From contig JBLIRP010000045.1 in NCBI GenBank assembly GCA_049472355.1, forward strand, positions 1 through 31,167: DNA of 31,167 nt, written 5' to 3'. The notes under the pieces are model-generated. The model worked only from the letters and a program-made list of their open reading frames with translations, did no database searches and had not been told where the DNA came from. Shown here in pieces: positions 9,410 through 17,500 of the stretch; position 1 is the stretch's first letter; each line of letters opens with the position of its first letter. A program made the translations under genes and the position numbers. Origin of the DNA: a bacterium. Lineage in GTDB: Bacteria > SZUA-182 > DTGQ01 > JAFGSM01.

Positions 9410-10648
9410 TCAGGCCCTTGACGCATCGGGATAGTAATTGGTAAAGAATCTCAGAACCTCGATGTAGGAAAAAAAGACCTTGATCAATTCCGGATCGAAC
9501 TGCCTTCCTGCATTGTCGAACATCTCCTCGAGCACCCGCTCCTCACCCCAGGGCTCCTTGTATGATCTTCGAGAAGAGAGCGCGTCATAAACATCGGCAA
9601 CCGCAACGATCCTTCCGAAAAGTGGTATTTCCTTTTCCTTTTTGGGCAATGGTCTGTTCCCCGGCCCTGAGAATCCGGGGAGCGGTTTGCCGGTGAGAAG
9701 GTCGATATGGCCCGGATATCCCGTGCCATCCCAGCGCTCATGGTGGTTGAGGGCAACCTCGGCAGCCACCTCATCGAGTTCCGATCGCATGCCGTTGAAA
9801 AGCCTCGCGCCCAAATAGGTATGGCTCTTGATTATCTCATACTCTTTCGAGGTCAGGCGTCCGGGTTTCTTGAGGATGACATCACTCACCGCCACCTTAC
9901 CGACGTCGTGTAACATGGCGGCCATTCTCAACATATCCTTCTTGCCGTCGATCTCGGAATGAGAAAGGCCGTTTCTCAATCCCCAGCCCTCGAAGAGGAC
10001 CACGGCATATGAAGCGACCCTGTTGACATGCGCACCGGTTTCATCGGGATCGCGCAACTCGGCCATGCTTATCATCCGAAGAATGAGGTCCCGTGTTACC
10101 TGTGCACGTTCCACGGCAAGGGCGACACTCGTAGCAAAGTGCCCTATCATGTCCTCGCTGGAACGCGCAAAGGGGATAACCTCCCCCTCCTCATCCTTGG
10201 CATTGATGACCTGCAAGACACCAAGCACCTCGCCGCGCTGATCGGTCATGGGAACGGCAAGAACTGAACTGGTCCTGTAATCCGATACCTGATCAAAATT
10301 CTCGTCAAAGGTATACGCCTCCGAACCACTCAGGACATACACATCGGGGATGTTCAGTATCTGCTGATTCCTGGCGACATACCCCGCAATGGAATCATTG
10401 TCGATCGGTATGGAGAAGGTGGTATAGAGGAGTTTTTTGTTGGGTCCCATGCGATTCGCAAGCGTGTCGTTCTGGGTGTAGCTGAATTTCAATTTGTCGC
10501 CCTGTTTGAGATAGATAGAGCCTGCATCCGCATTAAAAAACCTTCTGACATTGGTGAGTATTCGCTCGAGGAGGATGTCGAGGTCCTTTACCTTGTTGAT
10601 ATCAAGGCTTATCTGGGTAATGAGTTCTATCTTTTCCCGTTCGTTCAT
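9410..10648 (-). CDS. GAF domain + HD-GYP cyclic dinucleotide phosphodiesterase
   Basis: GAF (SIAGYVA..IPDVY..FD..SDYRTSSVLAVPM..GVLQVIN) then RDPDETGAHVNRV, LHDVGK, HHERWDGTGYP, RIVAVADVYDALSSRRSYK. Confidence 0.93.
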   Translation of the reverse strand: MNEREKIELITQISLDINKVKDLDILLERILTNVRRFFNADAGSIYLKQGDKLKFSYTQNDTLANRMGPNKKLLYTTFSIPIDNDSIAGYVARNQQILNIPDVYVLSGSEAYTFDENFDQVSDYRTSSVLAVPMTDQRGEVLGVLQVINAKDEEGEVIPFARSSEDMIGHFATSVALAVERAQVTRDLILRMISMAELRDPDETGAHVNRVASYAVVLFEGWGLRNGLSHSEIDGKKDMLRMAAMLHDVGKVAVSDVILKKPGRLTSKEYEIIKSHTYLGARLFNGMRSELDEVAAEVALNHHERWDGTGYPGHIDLLTGKPLPGFSGPGNRPLPKKEKEIPLFGRIVAVADVYDALSSRRSYKEPWGEERVLEEMFDNAGRQFDPELIKVFFSYIEVLRFFTNYYPDASRA

Positions 10649-10796
10649 AAATAAAGCGCCCCCGTCTACTAACTAATCGGCAGGGGAAAATCCCCTCATC
10701 CGGTTCGGGGTGTGGTATCGAATCGGGCGCATATGGTGTCTTCCCGAAACGGGATCGTTGTAACCGTTCAATAAATCCTGGAGATATGACAACATT

Positions 10797-10899
10797 AGTA
10801 GCGTCGCTGAGATCCGCATGACGAAGTTTGGTTGATGTATTCGCAAGCCTTTTTGGGACTGCAAAGAGGAGCATAGTGCTTCGCTTCGCTCCGCATGAC
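10797..10899 (-). repeat. Diverged inverted copy (about 1.3 units) of the 8164-8373 repeat
   Basis: Reverse complement GCGGAGCGAAGCGAAGCACTATGCTCCTCTTTGCAGTCCCAAAAAGGCT...CATCAACCAAACTT...CAGCGACGCT aligns with copies 2-3 at 8264-8360. Confidence 0.8.
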
Positions 10900-11463
10900 A
10901 TAGTTCGGTCTCCCCCTTGCCATGGGATCATGCATGATTGGAGTTACTCGATCCTGCCCTCAATCGCAGGTCAAAGCGTGGTGCTGGAGGTGACAAACTG
11001 CCTACTACCATGATGTCGGGAAATCAAGGGCCCCGATTCGGCAATTCTACTCAAGCCATGGAGAGATATAAATCAAAACTCGAATCACTGATTGAATGCA
11101 GTCTGACTGCCTTTACATTGCTTTGATAAAAAGGCGAATTCTGTCTTTACTCTTAGCCAGGTAAAGCAAATACTCATCATATGTCATAGTCATAACATAT
11201 TATAACGGGTGCAATGGCCGCTTTTGGGTATGGGTTTTAACAGCGAACAGGTAAAAGTGTAGATGGAAAAGGGGGTTGTACGTTTTCCATTAAATAGAAA
11301 CAATAAATTATAGAATATGGCATGGATGAGGGCAGTGGGGCAATGTATTTTATTTGTAACAAATCGAGGGAATATGTTCTTTTTTTTGCAGCCTTGCCGA
11401 ATAAAATTTCACAATCAGCAGTATAAATGTCTTTATTTTTTACAATCAAATGAATTATCTATA

Positions 11464-11479
11464 TGGTATATTTATTGCT
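11464..11479 (+). promoter_or_regulatory. Sigma54 (-24/-12) promoter of the DUF11 operon
   Basis: TGGTATATTTATTGCT has the exact GG-N10-GC spacing of TGGCAC-N5-TTGCW. It sits 75 nt upstream of ATG 11555, after an AT-rich tract. Confidence 0.6.
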
Positions 11480-11554
11480 TACAAACTATAGCTTTTAATA
11501 AGCCGTAGTCATTTTTGCGGATCTTTCTGAATCAATCTTTGTGAGGGGGGAGAC

Positions 11555-12547
11555 ATGAGATTCACGACATGCTGCATACTGCTCACCTGTGCCGCTTTCA
11601 TCCTTTTATCTTCAGCAGCGCCGCCCGCCCTGGCCGTCGGCACACCGGCCGGGACCTTCATCAGCAACAAGGCAACGGCCACCTATACCGTGGGCACGGT
11701 AAGCGGGCTGACCAAGGATAGCAATACATACACCATTACCGTTGATGAGCTGATTGATGCAGATGTTACCTGGGAGGATGCATCCCAAGTGGTCGTGACA
11801 CCGGGCGCCGCATCCCAGGTGCTCACCTTTCTTGTAACCAATACGGGTAATGGCCCGGAAGCCTTCACCCTCTCTGCCCACAGCACCATCACGGGCGATG
11901 ACTTTGACCCGACCCTGGTGGACATCTTCTTTGATGATAATAAGAACGGCGTCTACGACTCGGGCGAGACACAGTACGAGGTGGGAGAGAATGATCCTTT
12001 CATTGCAGCGGATGCCAATGTCACCGTCTTCGTCCTCAACAATATCCCGCTCGATCCCAATGACGGCGACACAGGAGACAGCAGGTTGACCATCACATCC
12101 AAGACCGGAACGGGTGCAGGGACAATCATCGTGGGGGGCGGCCAGGGAGGAACGGATGCGGTCATCGGCTTCTCCGGAGGCACGGACAACGCCACCGGTA
12201 CCTATCTTGTGTCCAGCATAGTCCTGAGCATTGTGAAATCAGCGCAAATACTCGACCCATTCGGAACGGATAGGCCTGTTCCGGGGGCAACGATAACCTA
12301 TTCCATTGTCGTGACCGTGACCGGTTCAGGAACAGCCAAGAATGTCATTATCGAAGACCCCATACCAACGGCGACAGGATATGTGTCGGGCACACTGAAA
12401 TTGAACACAGCGCCTCTATCTGACGATGAGGATGAAGATGCAGGTGATGTCGGGGTAACCAAACCGAACACGGTTACGGTTGCACTAGGGGATTTGACCA
12501 GCGCATCTGCGACACAAACCATCTCTTTTAAGGTCACTATTGATTAA
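11555..12547 (+). CDS. Secreted DUF11 / pilin-like subunit 1
   Basis: GAGGGGG SD; signal peptide ending ALA|VGTPAGTFISNKATATY; middle Ig-like domain (LTFLVTNTGN, DDNKNGVYD loop); C-terminal DUF11 half (IVKS..VPGATITY..IEDPIP..ISFKVTID*). Confidence 0.85.
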   Translation: MRFTTCCILLTCAAFILLSSAAPPALAVGTPAGTFISNKATATYTVGTVSGLTKDSNTYTITVDELIDADVTWEDASQVVVTPGAASQVLTFLVTNTGNGPEAFTLSAHSTITGDDFDPTLVDIFFDDNKNGVYDSGETQYEVGENDPFIAADANVTVFVLNNIPLDPNDGDTGDSRLTITSKTGTGAGTIIVGGGQGGTDAVIGFSGGTDNATGTYLVSSIVLSIVKSAQILDPFGTDRPVPGATITYSIVVTVTGSGTAKNVIIEDPIPTATGYVSGTLKLNTAPLSDDEDEDAGDVGVTKPNTVTVALGDLTSASATQTISFKVTID

Positions 12548-12579
12548 TTAACACACAATACGATGGAGGGAGAGGAGCA

Positions 12580-13080
12580 ATGAAAAAAATATGTACCCGC
12601 GTGGTGCTGCCTGTCATCTTCCTCGCATTCGCCCTGAGTTACCCGGCGATAGCGCAGGAGAAGGGTCATATCGAGCTTACGTGCATTGCCGAAACGGAGA
12701 TCGAGACGGTCAACGAAAAGGGTGAAAAGGAGATACAGCGGGTGGAGGCATCCAAGGTGGTGCCCGGAGACACGGTGATCTATACCATTTTTTACACCGT
12801 TATCGGAAACGATACGGTGAACGATGTTGTCATCAACAACCCCATCCCAGAGCACATGGTCTACAAGGGGGAAACTGCCCTGGGGGAGGGTGCTTCCGTC
12901 ACCTTTTCCATTGACGGTGGAAAGGTCTTCGATTCCCCCGAAAATCTCAAGGTCAAGGATGAGGAGGACAAGGAGCGGGTGGCGATGGCCTCGGAGTACA
13001 CCCACATACGCTGGTCGCTCACCCATGCGGTGAAGCCGGGGCAAACAGGCCAGGTATCCTACCGCGCCCAACTGGAATAG
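12580..13080 (+). CDS. Small secreted DUF11-like protein
   Basis: GAGGAG SD; signal peptide ending AIA|QEK; VVPGDTVIYTI..INNPIPEHMVY..FSIDGG..YTHIRW..VSYRAQLE. Confidence 0.85.
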   Translation: MKKICTRVVLPVIFLAFALSYPAIAQEKGHIELTCIAETEIETVNEKGEKEIQRVEASKVVPGDTVIYTIFYTVIGNDTVNDVVINNPIPEHMVYKGETALGEGASVTFSIDGGKVFDSPENLKVKDEEDKERVAMASEYTHIRWSLTHAVKPGQTGQVSYRAQLE

Positions 13081-13183
13081 AAAAAGGAATATGCCGCCTT
13101 GAGACGCTTTGAGATGCCATGATGCATACGATATACATGGCAACACAGATTTTTGGTATGTATCTAAACAACGGAGGGATGTA

Positions 13184-14293
13184 GTGAAAACCAGGGATTT
13201 CTTCTACACGGCAATTGTTCTCGTATTGACAGGCGCCCTTCTCTTTTGCGTGACGCAAAGGGTTTATGCGGCCGGGACCGCTGCGGGTACCCCCATCTCC
13301 AACAGCGCTACCATTGATTATACGGTTAACGGCATAGAGCAGACTCCCATAGAAAGCTCGCCATCTACATTCGTAGTGGACAACAAGGTGGATCTGACGG
13401 TTGAAACGCAGGGTACAGCACCTGTATCGATAACCCCCGGTGGCACCGAGTATGTCTTGACCTTCCTGGTTAACAATGAAGGCAACAGAATCCAGGATTA
13501 CCTTCTGGCTGCAACTGCTGTGATCACAGGGGGTGAGACCAATTTCGATAATGAATACGACGATTTCGACATGAATGTCCCCGTCGCTATATATGTTGAT
13601 ACGAATAACAATGGCACCTATGAACCGGGAACCGATACTGCCACCTTTATCGATAATCTGGCTGCGGATTCGAGTATTTACGTATTCATCGTAGCCAATG
13701 CACCATTGAGCGCCACAAACGGACAATATGCTTCCTATTACCTCACGGCAACCACTCGTGACGGGGAAACTGGCGGTGAAATCTCCGAATCCGGCACTGA
13801 CGACCCAAATAACATAGATATAGTGTTTGCAGATCCCAATGGTCCTCAGGACGACTCACGAGATGGGAAACATTCCGCTCAGCATGATTACAAGTGTTTA
13901 TCATCGGTACTGACGATTAACAAAACATCGGAAGTCAAATCTGATCCTATTAATGATGAATCGAATCCTAAACGCATTCCTGGCGCTGTCGTCGAGTACA
14001 CCATAACCGTTTCGAATGCTGCCGGAGCAGCGACAGCCACCGGTATAACCGTATCGGACGACCTGAGTACGGAGATTGGCCTCACTAACATTGAATTCCA
14101 TCCTGATGGCTATGCTTCAGGCTACGGTATCCAGGTAACCGCGCCCAATATCAATGGAGGTTCTTCGAAGGATCTCTCAAACGTTTCGGGTGATGACGAG
14201 GGTGCTTTTTCTGCAAATACGGTTACCGTGACCGGAATAGACCTGGATGGAGGGGAATCCGCCACGGTTACGTTCCAGGTCGAAATCCAGTAG
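13184..14293 (+). CDS. Secreted DUF11 / pilin-like subunit 2
   Basis: GTG start after GGAGGG; signal peptide then GTAAGTPISNSATIDY. Paralogous to 11555 (LTFLVNNEGN, DTNNNGTYE); C-terminal INKTS..SDPIN..NPKRIPGAVVEYTITVSN..VSDDL..VTFQVEIQ*. Confidence 0.85.
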   Translation: MKTRDFFYTAIVLVLTGALLFCVTQRVYAAGTAAGTPISNSATIDYTVNGIEQTPIESSPSTFVVDNKVDLTVETQGTAPVSITPGGTEYVLTFLVNNEGNRIQDYLLAATAVITGGETNFDNEYDDFDMNVPVAIYVDTNNNGTYEPGTDTATFIDNLAADSSIYVFIVANAPLSATNGQYASYYLTATTRDGETGGEISESGTDDPNNIDIVFADPNGPQDDSRDGKHSAQHDYKCLSSVLTINKTSEVKSDPINDESNPKRIPGAVVEYTITVSNAAGAATATGITVSDDLSTEIGLTNIEFHPDGYASGYGIQVTAPNINGGSSKDLSNVSGDDEGAFSANTVTVTGIDLDGGESATVTFQVEIQ

Positions 14294-14555
14294 AAAACAT
14301 CGGAATGGTGCCCTGCGATAAAGGTGTGTATCTGCATTAATCCCCTATGATAATGCTGGTTGCTGTTCGCGGAAGGGATAAGGGTTTGCTGCCTTTGAGT
14401 GCATATACCCAGGCCCGTGGCATAGATCCATATAACCACTTAAACAGTGAAGGTGCAGACAAACTGAAGGTACAGGAGCCCTATGGATCAGTAAACAGGT
14501 GAGACATTCAATTACATTAGGAATCAGACAGGATGGCCAACATCCCTGGAGGGAC

Positions 14556-17500
14556 ATGAAGAGACGTTTTTCCCTCCCGCTTTCCGGCATGACCCTGGCA
14601 TGTGCCTTTCGGGGTTGGATAGCGGGATGGATTGAAATCCTCTCCCGGTTTTCCCGGGTATGTCACCGGTCCCTCTATTCCTTGTATTCCTTCCCTGTGC
14701 ATGTCTTTTTCATCCGGGGGCCTCGCAATCCCCCGATGCTTCTCATACTTCTTTTCATCCTTCTTCTTTCATCCTATCTATGTGCTGAAGAGACTAACCC
14801 TTTTCCCAGGAAGGTCCTCAATACGGCTACTGCATCCTTTCGGATCGGCGATGAAGGCGCGCAGACGGCCCAGTCCAATACCGTGGCCATGGCGATCGAG
14901 TTCCGCACACCCTCGGAGCTGAGCTTCCGGCAATATGCGCCTTATGTCTCCTGCGGGGAATCATTCAGCGTCGCAGTAACGGAATATGATGCCGGCGGCA
15001 GCGGGGATTTCCTCACTATGGGAGCCCCGGTCATATTCGGCACACCCCTTGACATCAGCGGACCGGTTACCCTTACCCAAGGGGGCGTATACCACAAGGG
15101 CGAGCCCATCTTCCTGGTGCTCAGGGATCAGGATCAGGATGTCGACCCTGACCGCAGGGATACGGTCCTGGTGACCATAGCCATCGATGCCCTCGGCGAG
15201 AAGGAGGTCCTTCGTCTCACGGAATCAGGGGAAAACACCGGTGTTTTTGCCGGCTATATCCAGACCAGCAGTATTTCCCCTGCCATGTATGACGGCCTCC
15301 TCTCTGTTGCCGACGATGTCAGGGTGGTGGCGACATACTCCGACAAGTGGGACGGGACGGACACGGATGCATCCGCCGCACTGGTGGACCCATACGGAAT
15401 CATCTTTGACAGCATGACCGGGCTTCCGGTGAACGGGGCAACCATCACCTGCATCGATGCGGATACCGGCCTCCCTGCCGCGGTTTTCGGGGATGACGGG
15501 GTAAGCGTCTTCCCTTCCACCGTTATCTCGGGCGGGAGCGTCAAGGACAGCAGCGGCAGGGAGTATCTCTTTGAACCGGGCACATTCAGGTTCCCGTTCA
15601 TAGCCCCGGGCAATTACCGCTTCGAGATCACCCCCCCTGCGGATTATTTCTTCCCCTCCACCGTATCCGTGAGCATCATCCAGTCACTCCCCGGTGCGCC
15701 CTTTGCCATAGACACGGGATCGCTCGGCGGGATATTCGTGGTGAATCCGGGCCCTGTCGTGCATATCGATATCCCCCTCGACCCTGCTGCATCGGCCCTT
15801 TATGTGAGAAAAACCGCATCCAAACATACGGCTTCGCACGGTGACTTCATCCAGTTCATGGTGAGTGTTGAGAATCCGAGCGCTGCCGCCACCGTTCCGG
15901 GTGTGGAGGTCAAGGACCTGCTCCCCCGGGGATTCCGCTACCAGAAGAATTCAACCAAAATAAACGGAGAGCAAGGGGAAGAGCCCCTCATTTCACCCGA
16001 TGGCCGCAGCATGACCCTTGCCATCGGGGACCTCCCGGCCCATTCCAAGGCGAGTGTGAGCTATGTGGCGGAGGTGGCCGCAGGCGCCAGGATCGGTGAT
16101 GCGGAGAACCTCGCATGGGCAACGGGCGCAGGGGGCGAGAATTCCAATATAGGTAAGGTTACCGTGAAGGTCCGCCATGAGTTCATGCGCTCTGCGTGCA
16201 TCATCCTCGGGCAGGTGACAATCGAGGGATGTGCGGACAACGAAACCACGCAAAAGGAAAACGGCAAAAGGGAGGACAGGGGACAGGTCCCGGCCCCCTG
16301 CGTGCTTCCGGGTGTGCGGGTGTATCTTGAAAACGGCTCCTCGGTGATCACCGATAAAAACGGGATGTATCATTTTGAAGGGGTTGACCCGGGCGTGCAC
16401 GTGGTGCAGATGGATGTGGAGAGTATCCCTGAGGAATACCAGCCGAAGGAGGGGAGAAACGACCGGTTTGCGGGGAATGCCTTCTCCCGGTTCGTGGATC
16501 TCCAGGCAGGCACCATGTGGAGGGCGGACTTCACGGTCTGTCCGAAAAGGCCGCCGCAGGGCGAGGCATTCATGTCGATTGAGGCCGAATCCCCGGACGA
16601 TGGAGAAACAAGAGGATATTATGTTCATATGGGCGGCACGGGTGTGCCGCTGCGGAATGTCCGCATTGTGCTGATGCTCCCGGAGGGTGTTGCCTACGAG
16701 GAGGGGAGCGCCCTCCTCGATGCGATGCCGGTTCCCCCGGAGATTGCCGATGGCGCCCTCACCTTTCGAATCGGGGACACCCAGGCGGAATGGATGAAGA
16801 ACCTCCGGGTAAATGCCTGCCTGTCCGATGCAAAGGGTGGGCAGGGCATGCTAAGGGGCGTGATGCTTTTTGATACGGAGACGCTGCGCAACCAGCGCAC
16901 ACCCGTTGCCGGGATAGACGCGCATGCCAGAGAAGGTGACAGCGGGCTCATGAAGATGCAAACCGAGGGGGCTGCACAGGGAAAGGGAAAAGGGACAGCA
17001 CAACCTGATCAGGACACCGGCGCGAAGGGGGCTTCCTTTGACGATGCATGGCTTGAGTCAGCGCCATCCGGGTTTGAATGGCTCTTTCCCGCAGAGGGGT
17101 ATCTCCCCTCCATCCCGAGCATCAAGGTGGTGATAAAACATCACCCTTCCGAGCGGATCAGCCTGCTCCTTGACGGGAAGGAGGTGGATCCCCTGAATTT
17201 CGACACCCTGATCAAGAACAAGTCGGGCACGGCAGCGCTCAGCGTATGGCGGGGGATCGATCTGCACGAGGGTGACAACCGCTTCGAGGCCGTGCTCCTG
17301 AACAGCAGGGGAGAGGGTGCAGGCCGCATTGCACGTTCCATCCATTACTCGGATATACCTGTCGATGCGGAGGTCCGGGAAGGGGATTCCGCCCCCTTTG
17401 CCGACGGGAAGACCCCTCCGGTGATAGCCATACGCCTCACCGACAAATATGGCTATCCGGCACGGCAGGGCATTATCGGCGAGTTTTCCATAGATCCACC

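Noticed and set aside
10931..11460. c-di-GMP riboswitch upstream of the DUF11 operon
   Set aside because: I could not find the GEMM GNRA/receptor architecture by eye; IHF-like sites match only imperfectly.
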